In this document: positions 52,301-64,000 of the stretch, in pieces | How positions within the stretch are numbered: the stretch's first letter is position 1 | Layout: every line of letters begins with the position of its first letter | Origin: Octopus bimaculoides | Lineage: Eukaryota | Reading direction: 5' to 3' | DNA length: 64,000 nt | Assembly (NCBI RefSeq): GCF_001194135.2 | Contig: NC_068986.1 | Coordinates: 43,221,418-43,285,417 of the forward strand | Made by a program: the position numbers and the translations under genes | Notes under the pieces: model-generated | What the model was told of the DNA's origin: nothing | Seen by the model: the letters and a program-made list of their open reading frames with translations, nothing else | Databases searched by the model: none

Positions 52301-52739
52301 ATAGCCATTCATTTTCGATTTTTCTGATTTAGCTTTTGATCTGTGAGGAAGATTTCTTTCCTCACTCTCTCTCTCTCTTCCTCGCTCTCTCGCTCCCTCT
52401 CTATCTATCTGAACATAATTGATGCATTATTTTCTTGGATTCTATTTTGCCAGACTCACTCCTGAAGTAAAATTCCATAAGAATTCTGTTGCCACTTTGA
52501 GTTCACCTTCTGCTGGTCCTTGCAGCTGTTGTTGAATACCTTTTAGGTCCATCTTGTCACATAGCGCGACAATTGATATGTGAGAGAAGTTTACTTCAGA
52601 AATCATCCTCATTAACATGGTTGCGATATAAGTTTTCATTTGATATTACACCCATGAAAAGGTCTGTGGAGTCAAGGTGTCATATACAAAACCAACAAGG
52701 AGTTAACTGACTACAGTGGAAGACATCACAAAGAATTTC

Positions 52740-53640
52740 TTGTGCTTTTCCAGAAATAATTAAGTTTAGAGGAGCAGACAATCTACCTGGATCTGACAGG
52801 TAATTTAGTGGTACTAGTTGTGAACGAGAGTAAAAGCGATGAAGTTCTCGGGGAAACTTTAGGTTTCAGGGGACTTTCGGACCTGGTAAATTTCCAGAAA
52901 TCCCTAGTCTGGTAGTGCTACCGAGGAACACTAGAAGTTCACGATAAACTCTGCAGGTATGGAAGCGCTGTCAGGTGATAATGTCCGAGATGCGTGTAGA
53001 GTGATAAAACCGCTTTGCATGCATTTGTGCAGTGTCCGAGTGTTGCTGACTCGTGAAGTTATATCAAACAGCTGCTATCGCGTGTAAAACGAATCGCACT
53101 ATTGGCCGAATCCACCGTGAGGATCCATCATCTACTTTTAACAAAGCATGGCAGGCGGTGTTCCACCAGCGTAAGAGGTAAAGCTCTCAGTGAAAATTTA
53201 AAGTTCCATTTGGAAAGGAAAGTGAGAATGGGGAGAAAAGTGTTACCGCCCAGTGAATTTTTTAACAGATGGGTCACTGTGGCAAAATGGGTTTGAGTGA
53301 GTGGCCATAATCTAAGTGTGTGCCTGTAGATTGGAGAATAGGATAGAAAACTCGTACCTATAGTGGTCAGGGTGCTCCTGTGTCTGTGTCCTTTCCTTTA
53401 TTGGCCCTAGTTTGAGTTTCTCTTGTATAAATGGCACTGCATCATTCATGTTAATACATACTTTGTATACTAAGTACGGAGTAGCGGGGTACACAATAAA
53501 TTATATTTACTGCATGGTTTTGCTTTTTGACACTATTATTTTTTTTTTTTCATTTCTTTTACCTATCCTTTATGTAACTCCCTACACAAATAATTTCCTG
53601 TGATTGTGATATCCCCATCATCTATGCTGCTGTAGCTAAC
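52740..53640 (+). mobile_element. L1/Tx1-like LINE 3' fragment with 3'UTR
   Basis: Aligns with 34700-35100 and with the reverse complement of 16265-16800. Confidence 0.7.
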
Positions 53641-53729
53641 AAAAGAAATCATCATCATCATCATCGTCGTCGTCGTCGTCGTCGTTGTTGTTGTTGTTGT
53701 TGTTGTTGTTATCATCATTATTATTATTA

Positions 53730-53985
53730 AGGCGGTGAGCTGGCAGAATCGTTAGCACGCTGGGCGAAATGTTTAGCAGTATTTTGCCCGCTGCTACGTT
53801 CTGAGTTCAAATTCCGCCGAGGTCGATTTTGCGTTTCATCCTTTCGGGGNNNNNNNNNNNNNNNNNNNNNNNNNNNNNNNNNGGGGGGGGGGGGGGTAAA
53901 TAAGTACCAGTTACGCACTGGTTTCAATATAATTGGCTTAATCCCTTCCCCCAAATTGCAGGCCTTGTGGCAAAATTTGAAACCA
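53730..53985 (+). mobile_element. S1 SINE (contains gap 53850-53881)
   Basis: ggcggtgagctggcagaatcgttagcacg...gagttcaaattccgccgaggtcga; preceded by (CAT/CGT/TGT/ATT)n. Confidence 0.88.
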
Positions 53986-53994
53986 TTATTATTA

Positions 53995-56520
53995 TTTTAT
54001 TGTCTTTCCACAGCTGCTAACGTTGAAGATGTACTACGGTGTCAGCTGTTCACTACCAGTGAACTAAGGTACCACTCATTATTTTTCGACCACCATTCGG
54101 AGTATTCGAGCGGTTCCAAGCAGTGCTGTTTTCTGCAAGGGATCCACTCTTATTTCAGCCCATATGTGTTCCATGTACTTCTCAAGATGTTTACTCACTG
54201 TTCCCAGGGCCCCGACAGTTATTGGTACTACTACCACCTTTTGCAGCGACCACAACTGCTTAACTTCCCATGCTAACCTGTGATATATATCGACTTTTTT
54301 TCTTCCTTATCGCATATTTTATTGTCAGCTGGGCATGCTATGATCCAGCATCATTTGCTTTCTTTTACAGTTAATACTATGTCTGGTTTCCTATTATCTA
54401 TCTCATGGTCGTACTGAATCATAAAATCGCATAGGATCTTTGCATTATCATTTTCGTTGATGCCTTCGAGTTTATATTCGTGCCACGTTTTTGCTCTCTC
54501 AAATTCATACTTGTCGCAAAGTGTCCAATGGACAATCGTTGCTATGTTGTCATGACGACTTTTATACTCTTTTGGGGCTAGTGCCGTACATTGACTAGTA
54601 ATATGCCATACAGTTTCACCATCTTGTCCACAAATTCTGGACTTATCACTTTCTGATGTGTTGCCTATTCCGTATTTGAAGTAATTGCTTCTTAATGCTT
54701 GCTCTTGGGCAGCACAGATAAGAGTTTCCGTTTCCCATTTTAAATCACTTTTAGTCACCATAAGCATCTTCTTTCTTTGTCTGCCTTATCTGCAACATCT
54801 CTATGAAATTTTCCATGCATTCTTTTCCTTATCCATCTAATTTCAGTTTCATTCATTCTCAAGTCCATGTACAGTGCTTTATCTTTGCGATCTTCTATCC
54901 TACACACGTTTGACCTTTTTACTTTCAATAATAGTGGTTCTGTGGTATTTCTTTTACATACAATGCTATACTGTTTTCTTCTGCTCTAATGCTGTGTTCG
55001 CATCCAATAAGTCCTCTTCCCTCTTTTTCTTGGTACATACAGTCTGTTTGTGTCACGTTTTGGGTGGGATATCCCACTTCTAGTCAGCAACTTCCTTGTC
55101 TTTCTGATTAAGCTGTTTAGTTCGTCTACTGTCTATCCGATTACCCCTGCTCCATAACTAAGGAGTGAAACCGCCCATGTGTTGATAACTTCAATCTTAT
55201 TCTGTCCATTTAATTTCGACTTAAGAAAGCAAAGATGGTAAGATATGACCAAAGAATGAAGAATAGGTTATTCAGAGTAGATCAGAAGAGCTTCTACAAA
55301 GAAATAAATGGAGAGTGTACACATGAAAAATTGATACCAGATAACATTAAAAGTTAAAGTTTTTGGAGTGACATCTGGAGCAAAGACAAGGAGCACGAGA
55401 AAGATGCTGAATGGTTGCAAGAACCTAAAACAAACAGTAGTCTGTCCACAACAGGCAGAACTGGTCGTCTCAGGGAAGTGAAGGAAACCAGCAAAAGAAT
55501 GGGCAACTGGAAAGGCCTGGGATCAGATGGAGTTCAAGGCTACTGGATCAAAAGATTTGGTGAATGTCATGCACGCATAGCTGCACAACTCAATACCTTG
55601 TTAAATGCCGACCAAGTAACACTAGAGTGACTGATAATGGGTAGCATATTGCTCTGCTTGAAAAACATCGTAAAAAGTAATACGGTAGACAATTACAGGC
55701 CGGTATCCTGCTTGCCAGTTATGTAGAAATTATTTACTGGAATAGTCGAAGAGTCAATGTATGGATATCTGGGAGAAATGAAGTCCTGCCACATGAGCGG
55801 AAGAGTTGCAATCGTAAGTGCAGAGGTACCAAGGATCAGCTCCTGGTAGACAAAGCTGTACTTAGAGACTCCAAGAGGAGGAAAACTAACTTGACCATGT
55901 CATGGATCGATCATCGTAAGGCATACGATATGATCCCATATTCCTGGATTATGGTATGTATTCCATCGAATGTTGAGCAATTGCTTGGAAAAAGTATGGC
56001 GAATTGGAGGACAGAACTGACAGCATATGGAAGAAGCCTAGGGACGATAAAAATCAGGAGAGGCATCTTTCAAGAGAACTGTCTGTCCCCACTGATCTCT
56101 GTACTGTGCATGATTACACTAACGCTGATTCTGAGGAACGCAAAGGCTGGGTATGTATTCAAGAGCCGCCTACAAAATGTTAACTATTTGTTATTGATAG
56201 ATGACCTCAAGTTTTATGGTAAAGATGAAGTCCAAATTTGTTCCCTTTTAGATACGATGTATACTTTCAGTGGTCATATCGGAATGGAGTTCTGACTGAA
56301 AAAGTGTGGTGTGTTAGCCTTAAACAGAAACAAAATTAGATGTGTGGACGGGCTAGCGATACAGTCGGGGGAGGTTATGAAGCAAGTAGAAAAGACGGGC
56401 AATAAGTACTTGGGGATGTTAGAAATGGATGAATTGATGCAGAAAGAAATGACAGAAAAATTTATGGTGAAGTACTTGCGCAGACTGACACTGATCCTTA
56501 AGTCGAAATTAAACGGACGA
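53995..56520 (-). mobile_element. R4/Dong-type LINE family B with inverted 5' part (3' half on minus at 53995-55225; upstream half on plus at 55226-56520)
   Basis: Minus part runs LKSKLNGQNKIE to the RLE domain and 3'UTR. Plus part runs RLFRVDQKSFYKE through [29 protein letters not shown] to LKSKLNGR. Confidence 0.88.
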
Positions 56521-56537
56521 ATTATTATTACTATTAC

Positions 56538-56577
<40 letters not shown>

Positions 56578-56578
56578 G
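56521..56578. repeat. (ATT)n microsatellite
   Basis: Directly visible. Confidence 0.95.
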
Positions 56579-56790
56579 TTGTTCAGTAGTTTTATTTTTA
56601 TAACGTGCTTTCACTTCACTACCGAGCGCAGCTCTGTGCGCCTTGGGTATGTGCTTTGGTTTGCTGTGGTGCTCTTATGTTTACTGTATTGAAAGTGTTT
56701 TGCGTAGAATGTGTGCAGTACCCAGTAGTGCAATTTTCTGTATGTTATATATATTTGTAAGTCCTGGTGTTTTTGTTATGTATTTGTCTG
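56579..56790 (-). mobile_element. R4/Dong-type LINE family A, ~210-bp 3' end
   Basis: Reverse complement matches 3885-4066 (cagacaaatacataacaaaaacaccaggact...taagagcaccacagcaaacc). Confidence 0.88.
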
Positions 56791-56933
56791 CTTGCAATCG
56801 CTCGAATACTCCGAATGGTGCTCGAAAAGTAAGGAGTGTTACCTTAGTTCACTGGTAGTGAACAGCTGACACCGTAGAACATCTTCAGCGTTAGAAGCTG
56901 TGCAAAGACAATAATAAAATAATAATAATAATA

Positions 56934-56975
<42 letters not shown>

Positions 56976-57102
56976 TTATTGTCTTTGCACAGCTTCTAAC
57001 GCTGAAGATGTTCTACGGTGTCAGCTGTTCACTACCAGTGAACTAAGGTAACACTCCTTACTTTTCGAGCACCATTCGGAGTATTCGAGCGATTGCAAGC
57101 AG
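56788..57102. repeat. Perfect palindrome: 122-bp arms (56788-56909 and 56981-57102) around an (AAT)n/(ATT)n centre
   Basis: Base-by-base comparison by eye found no mismatch between the arms. The arms are the family B 3' end. Confidence 0.93.
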
Positions 57103-57394
57103 TGCTGTTTTCTGCAAGTGCTCCACCCTTATTGAAGCCCGTTTGTTCCATGTACTTCTCAAGATTATTACTCACTTTTCTCAGGGCTCCGACAGTTATT
57201 GGTACTACTACCACCTTTTTCAGTGACCACAACTGATTAATCTCTCAAGCTAACCTGTCATATCTATCGACATTTCTTTCTTCCTTATCGCATACCTTGT
57301 TGTCAGCTGAGCATACTATATCTATAAACCAACATCGTTTGGTTTCTTTCTTAGTTAACACTATGTCTGGTTTCCTATTCTCTATGATGATGCC

Positions 57395-57395
<1 letters not shown>
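56981..57395 (-). mobile_element. R4/Dong-type LINE family B, ~410-bp 3' fragment
   Basis: MWSLKKVVVVPITVGAL..; same 3'UTR as 28575 and 53995; (ATT)n on both sides. Confidence 0.88.
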
Positions 57396-57449
<54 letters not shown>

Positions 57450-57469
57450 CATTATTATTATTATTATTA

Positions 57470-57675
57470 AAGAGGCGAGCTGGCAAGATCGTTAGCATGC
57501 TGGACGAAATGCTTAGCGGTACTTCGCTTGTAATTAATTTCTTAGTTCAAATTCCGCCAAGGTCGACTTTGCCTTTCATCCTTTCGGGGTTGATAAATTA
57601 AGTACCAGTAATCTACAATTCCCCTCTCATTCCTCCCCGCAAATTTCAGGTCTTGTGCCTTCAGTAGAAAGGATT
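57470..57675 (+). mobile_element. S1 SINE between (ATT)n arrays (57396-57468 and ~57685-57740)
   Basis: ggcgagctggcaagatcgttagc..gttcaaattccgccaaggtcgactttgcctttcatcctttcgggg. Confidence 0.88.
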
Positions 57676-57691
57676 ATGTTTATGATTATTA

Positions 57692-57740
<49 letters not shown>

Positions 57741-57934
57741 TGTTGTTGCCCTCATCAGCCAGTAACTATATGTTCCATGGTTAATCATGATAATAGCAAC
57801 AGCACCAGTTGTAAAAGTAATGATAAAGAAATACTATTATAATGGCCTTTAACTCCCCTTAGTTAATCCTTTATTTGCTTGATTGTGTTTTCCGTCATCA
57901 GGCTGTTCAAATAGAAATGAATCCCTTCGTATTG

Positions 57935-58144
57935 NNNNNNNNNNNNNNNNNNNNNNNNNNNNNNNNNNNNNNNNNNNNNNNNNNNNNNNNNNNNNNNNNN
58001 NNNNNNNNNNNNNNNNNNNNNNNNNNNNNNNNNNNNNNNNNNNNNNNNNNNNNNNNNNNNNNNNNNNNNNNNNNNNNNNNNNNNNNNNNNNNNNNNNNNN
58101 NNNNNNNNNNNNNNNNNNNNNNNNNNNNNNNNNNNNNNNNNNNN
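57935..58144. other. Assembly gap of 210 N (other gaps: 10915-10924, 50328-50337, 53850-53881, 60722-60731)
   Basis: Runs of n. Confidence 1.
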
Positions 58145-58639
58145 ATATATATTGTAAATTTTGACAAACAAATCATTACTGTGACCTAGCTAGTTCAGAT
58201 ATTGTTTTCTTCCTTAGATCTCACGGGACGAAGCAGAGAACAAATGCGTTTTTACAAAGAAATACAGGCAAAACAAATTTATGGAACGAAAATGAAAGTG
58301 AAGCAAGAGAGAAGAGAAGGCATGTTAATGTTGAAGGTGAAAAAGGAATAATAATAAAATTTATTATTATTATCATTATTATTATTATTGTTGTTGCTGT
58401 TGTTGCTATTGGTGTTGTTGTGTATTTAAAAAGAGTACGTTTTTTCGAAGCGCGTGAGATATTGTTGATTTTCTTGGTTTTGAATATGTCATTTGTATTT
58501 TTGTTGTATAATCTCGTTAATAAGTCAACTAGTATCCCCTGAGGCCATTTGGTTTTGTTAAATTATCGGTGTAGAGTCGGAATTTCTGTATTTAGTTTAG
58601 TAGAAATCTACTCATATTTTTAAAATGGTGTCCGATTTT

Positions 58640-59245
58640 TCGGTCAATTGCCAGGGGGTGAAACCAGAGAGTGGAACGTTTGTTTTAATACCGATATACC
58701 ACCTTCCGAACAAAATATCACGTCCCCCACCATCACTACTAATGCCGACCGAAACAAGAGCAAAAACAGCAGCAGCAACGTTACCAGGCAATTGAAAAAT
58801 AAACTACAGCCACAAGGAAATTGAAAACAACAATAACAACTAAAGCAACAAATTGAGACCGTAGACAACAAAATAAAAAACCAAAATCAAACATCCCATT
58901 CAATACACCTGCACGTTCCACCTTCAACGCCGCCAAAACCATTAAAACATTTTAAAAATCATAAAAATTAAAGGAATTCGTATAACTAGTATAAATGGTT
59001 TCGTCGACATGGACCGCCAAATGTTGGATGTAAGCGAAACGTTCAATATTCCAGGATGAACACAACAACAAACCGAATACTAAACTCAAAACTGTTATAA
59101 ACAAACCGAATGCCAACCTCAGAACAGTTATAAATATATCTTTAGCTAGAAAATGTAGAAAGATAGGACAAACGACACAGTGACAGATTGAAAAGTACCT
59201 CAGAACCCTCTGGAATTCCAAATAATACGCAGCCAGAGGAGAAAA
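58640..59245 (+). mobile_element. Possible L1/Tx1 ORF1-type low-complexity fragment
   Basis: AC-rich Thr/Gln/Asn-coding composition like 31500-32250. No diagnostic motif. Confidence 0.3.
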
Positions 59246-59254
59246 TGTATGCCC

Positions 59255-59320
59255 GTGGGCATATGGCCCAGTGATTAAGAACCCGGATTACTAACCCCAA
59301 GTTCGATTCCAGGCAGTGAC
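59255..59320 (+). mobile_element. Isolated tRNA-like SINE head
   Basis: ggcatatggcccagtgattaag..gttcgattccaggc with A/B box-like motifs; no body. Confidence 0.5.
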
Positions 59321-59344
59321 CTTAATAATAATAAGAAGAAGAAG

Positions 59345-60721
59345 AAGAAGAATAGAACAGGGCTACAAAATTGACAACAGAAAAATAAGCCATCTATTTT
59401 ATATGGATGATTTAAAACTATATGGCAAAGATGATGAAGAGCTTGAAGGACTACGACATACTGTGAAAGGATTCAGTGATGATATCGGGATGAAGTTTGG
59501 CCTTTAAAAGTGTGCCGAAGCCACTTTTAAGAAAGGGAAACTGGTAAAGTCAAGTTCAATAGAATTAGATGTCGAAACAGTTACAATGGAAATTGAGCAG
59601 GAACAAACCTATAAATACCTAGGAATAAATGAAGGCTCTGGTATCCAGCATGCAAGCATGAAAGAAAAGGTTAGGGAGGAATGTTATAGAATAGTTCGAG
59701 CAGTTCTGAAGTCTGAGCTGAATGCATATAATAAGGTGTTAGCCATAAATTCCTTAGAAGTCCCAGTTGTTCATTATAGCTTCAATGTGCTTTACTGGAA
59801 TGCCAGTGAAATAAGGAAAATTGATAGAAAAATCCGCAAGTTACTGACTTGTAATAAGATGCACAATCCAAAGGCAGACGTGGATCGTCTTTACCTTCCC
59901 AGAGCTCGAAGAGGTCGAGGCTTGATCCAGCTTGAACTTACGTATAAAACGACCACAATCGGACTGGCCAAATATCTTGAAACAACCAACGATTGGATGC
60001 TGAAACTTGTTGAAAAACATGAAAGACCGAAAACACTTCACTCTATTCTGAAAGAGAGCAAAATATTCGCTACTGATCTCTTAGATACCCACCACATTGA
60101 TCAGGTTGAAGGATATGCCCCAACTGCTACTGCAAAGAAAATAAAATTAATTGCAAAGACAAAATCACATGTAAAATTAGCTAGCAGATGGGAACAGAAA
60201 CCTCTGCATGACAAGTATGTGGCTCGTAGCAAACAAGCTGATGTCGACCAGAAACACACGCATCAATGGTTACGAAGCTCAGGGCTAAAAGCAGAGAGTG
60301 AAGGTTTCATATTAGTTGCTCAAGATCAATGCTTATTAACCCGGAACTACCAAGCAAATGTGATAAAAAAAATGGAGCTGACCCAAAATGCCGATTCTGT
60401 AATGATGAGATTGAAACTATAGACCACCTAATCTCAGGGTGTAGAATCTTAGCACCTGTAGAATATAAAGCAAGACATGACAGAGTCGGCCAGTATTTAC
60501 ACTGGACAATATGTCGGCATTATAAAATCAAAACCGCTGACAAATGGTATAAACACCATCCTGAAGCTGTAACTGGGTGAGAAAATGTGTCGATTCTCTG
60601 GGACTTCTCCGTACATACCGACAAAACTATAAAAGCTAATAAACCGGATATTTTCATAAAAGATCAGACAAAGAAGATGTGTTTATTAATTGACATGAGT
60701 ATTCCTTGCGATCACAATATA
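59345..60721 (+). mobile_element. R4/Dong-type LINE, 5'-truncated, relatively young; sequence ends at an assembly gap
   Basis: SHLFYMDDLKLY; 278-aa open stretch (YKYLG..LNAYNKVLAIN..DVDRLYLPR..GLIQL..WLRSSGLKAESEGF); CRFC..TIDHLISGC..RHDRV; ILWDF..ANKPDI..IDMSIP. Confidence 0.93.
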
Positions 60722-60881
60722 NNNNNNNNNNTTTTTTTTTTTTTTTTGTTAAATACATATTTTACCTGTGAATTTGCGTGTGTAAACTGGGAATGCATAC
60801 AATGAGCTTCTCTGCCCTAGGTGTTCAGAAAACACTCGGCGAGAAATGGAAGAAAATGAAGAAAGAAGAAAAAAAGACAAC

Positions 60882-60929
<48 letters not shown>

Positions 60930-61110
60930 TCGAAAACTACCTTCGGAATGAGAACCCAAATTCGAAATTCCCCAAGTCACCTGATGAAGATCGGAGGGTA
61001 TATCAGCCGAAACGTTGTGCTAAGAACAAACAAGATGGGGACAAATATCCGTCAAATGTAAATAATGTACGTAATTCTCCATCTCGTAAATATAGAACTG
61101 TATTAACAAA
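60930..61110 (+). ncRNA. Short repeat containing a minimal type I hammerhead-ribozyme-like motif (Penelope pseudo-LTR type)
   Basis: cac CTGATGA (60981-60987) .. cagcc GAAAC (61009-61013) GTT gtg. Core boxes are intact, stem I is cac/gtg, stem II is degenerate. Confidence 0.55.
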
Positions 61111-61910
61111 GCAAGCAGTAAACAAGTAGTAGCAACACCAACAGCGACAGGCGGCCACAACAACGTCATTGACAGCAAGGATAAAACTGCCATGTCAGCA
61201 GTAGTAGCAACAGTGACTGAAGCCCCTGCAGTGACAACAGTGGAAGCGACAGCAAATGAAACAACCGAAGCACCTGCAACAACAACAGCAACTGGAAACC
61301 CCAAACAACAACAACACACAACCTCAAATTAGCATCAAATATTTCAGCAATAGAACACATCAAACCTTCATGCGACATGCCCCTCCTAGACTCGCACTAC
61401 ACACACATCATGTAGGGAAGATAACGGGGAAGTAACCAAATAGAAAACAGTTTTATAAGTACAAAAAATAAAAAATAAATAAAAAATACGCCAAACAAAC
61501 GAACAAATGGAGGAGGTGCTTTTGGGCAACGATCGACCAACACCTCTCCAACAGCAGCTACACCAACAGAATTAGGATCATGATCTCCATCATTGCCACC
61601 AACTCTATCTCAGGTAGCACCATCAAAAGCAAAACAACACCAACAGTGAGCAAATTCCCAACAAGAGCAATAAGAAATCACAACCTACGCCGCTATAAAC
61701 ATATAATAAAAAAACTAATATGCCGCATTTACCAAAATGAAATATCATACACGATAACTACATCACATGAACCAATAACATTCCACCAGAAATAAGTTTC
61801 ATTCAAATTTCATAACACATAATTTTAAACAATAAAAAATGAGAGACATTAGGTTTTATATAAACAAAAGAATATATAAAGAACTGCTCATGAAAATACT
61901 CACAGCCAGC
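61110..61910 (+). mobile_element. L1/Tx1-like ORF1 C-terminal fragment
   Basis: Thr/Ala-rich. The end aagaatatataaagaactgctcatgaaaatactc matches aagaatatgcaaagaactgctcgtggaaacatcc at ~32240. Confidence 0.6.
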
Positions 61911-62019
61911 ATGAAGAACAAAACACTGATCCCTCCATAAGTATAAGATAAGTGATCCATTTCCTCATTCCCTCTTGTCAAACATGGCTGTGCTCAAAAT
62001 AGGCTAGATTGCTCTTGCA

Positions 62020-62600
62020 GCGATATCTGCGCGAAGGTTTGTGTGAGTAGCCACTTATGAGAACCATTCAGTGTCACGCGCTCAATACGTCGGATTGTTT
62101 CATTTTCTCCCTTCAGTATATACCGACTCCTTGACCACCGTTGTAAAAACCAGAAACTTTGAGGAATATCCTGCGCGAACTAGAATGCAGATAATTTGTA
62201 TCGGCAAACGTGACAGACATCATCAAAGTAGGACCACTAAGCATATCAGAGTAAACATGAGACGGTGACAGGGTTTAAAGTTGACCAAAGAGGACTGTAG
62301 ACCCGCAGTTAGACACCACCCAACTCCCCCTGGACAGGTTGGTCCATATTTCAACACATGGTTAAATTGTTCTTTGTTCACTTGGGTAAGAACAGATACA
62401 AGGAGGGGAATGTCACCGAGTAATGAACCTAGAGAAAACTATTTCTGAAATATAGGGCAGAAGCGCTGAAGTCTAAGTCACCTTCGTCATTTATTACCGT
62501 CTAGCCGTCGTGACTTGCCCTACTTCACGTCTGATCAAGATTTAGCGTCTACTCACCCGCTTTTTACGAAAGAGACGCGTTCCACTGGTACACAATAGTT
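62020..62600 (+). mobile_element. L1/Tx1-like RT fragment, old
   Basis: VSSHL*EPFSVTRSIR parallels MNRYLLEPFTVMRSV at ~33820. Confidence 0.6.
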
Positions 62601-64000
62601 TGGTTGGTTCATAGCAGAAACTACTACGCTAGATTTTTTTAAGTCTCATTATCGTGTAAATGGATTCTCAATACAAAATGCGATATTTCTGTTTCACAAT
62701 AGAATAGTGTTAAGGAAATTAAACAAAACTGCAGAGTTTAATAGAGGCCATTACAAAACAATCTAGAGGATTATTTAACAGTAGTAACATAATGTAAATA
62801 CTTTCCTGTTATAATAATATGCAGAGTTAGAAAAGAACACAGGCGTATGGATATCGAAATGAGAGGAGAAAGAACAAAAGAAGGACACTTGTTGAAGGAG
62901 AAAAGGTCAATAGCAATAATGAAGAAAATAATGCAAACAGAACAATTTTATGTATATCAAAAATGAGAAACGTTTGTGATACACGAATAAGAATCTTCTA
63001 AATACAGATTTAAAAAATTTGTTGAAAGTAAAAATGTTGAGCAAATCAAAATATATTAATACAGAAATGAAAAAATATGAACATAAAATAAGAGAGAAAA
63101 AAAGTTTTATACTACTCTAAATCAAGAAACGCCATTTAAAGATTTGAATTATACAATTCTAAAAACATTTTCTCACATTTTATTTACCATTATAAACCTG
63201 GTTTGTTATTCGCTTTTATTTTATTCATTGTCATTTCATTTTTGAAATGTACTTTTAGAATGGCAAACTTGAAGTTGAGATCTGAACAATCATGCCGTAT
63301 TATGTGGTTTTGATTGATGCCATTTCAATATGAACACGTTGCCAGAAGGCGGTAGATTAGTGAATTTGTTATAGAGGCAGATAAAATGTCTCCTAATATT
63401 AAATTTACGTCTCTTAGCATTCTGAGATAATGAACTTGTAAGGGTCGATTATACCATCATTCATTGCAAATTAATAAAATATGTACCAGTGAAGGACTGG
63501 TATTGATATAAATGGCTAAACCTCTCACATAAAAGTCTGGCAGTGTATCTATGTTAGAAATTAATATATTCTTGTTGTCAGAATCTTCAAATTATTACAA
63601 TAAACTATTCTCTCCTCACTGAAAACATAAACTTTGTATTTACAAATTCGACCTTACCTGAAGAAGGATATTACTTACTTTCTCTCATTTGGCAAAAATA
63701 ATGTCTACTATGGTGTCACAGTTGCGGAAGCACTAATCTGTCTCATATGTTCCGAATTTTTGTCAGCAGACTTTATTATTATCTAAAGATTGATAAAGTG
63801 TCAAATATGTTATTACGATGGCTGAATGGATTATAAAGACTTCTTTCTCCAACTCTATATTTCGTATCATGCAATTGTTGAGAGAGTATTATTTTAACTG
63901 CAAAATCCGAAGCTACACAAGTTGAATGGATTTCTAAGCACCATTTATATGACCGACAAAGCCCGCGCTTTCAGCAACGCCTACAGCAGAATACATCCTG

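Noticed and set aside
52442-52639. 65-aa minus-strand ORF as a host exon
   Set aside because: No recognisable domain or splice support; it lies between LINE fragments and is probably TE-derived.
57863-58189. ORFs spanning X runs
   Set aside because: Artefacts of the 210-N gap.

Overview
Eukaryotic, AT-rich, repeat-saturated DNA with five assembly gaps. I recognise no host protein-coding exon and no true rRNA or tRNA gene. The tRNA-derived SINE families and very high microsatellite density suggest a cephalopod (octopus-like) genome; this is inference. Almost every ORF in the track is a decayed transposon fragment or a microsatellite artefact. Main content: (1) nine or more pieces of R4/Dong-type non-LTR retrotransposons (RT plus restriction-like endonuclease) from at least three distinct 3'-UTR families, most sitting in (TAA)n arrays with consistent strand polarity and forming insertion trains at 27.8-29.9 kb and 53.7-57.7 kb; (2) several L1/Tx1-like LINE copies, one near full length at 30.6-35.2 kb; (3) a Penelope-like element, a Ty3/Gypsy integrase fragment, two mariner relics and a maT/DD37D-like relic; (4) four SINE families; (5) two long fold-back elements, one carrying (CCCTAA)n telomere-like repeats. 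The most notable observations are a twin-priming-like 5'-inverted Dong-type insertion, a perfect 122-bp-arm palindrome at a LINE 5' junction, and a minimal hammerhead-ribozyme motif at 60.98 kb. I found no evidence for a novel multi-gene system. Boundaries are read by eye and approximate unless exact motifs are quoted.
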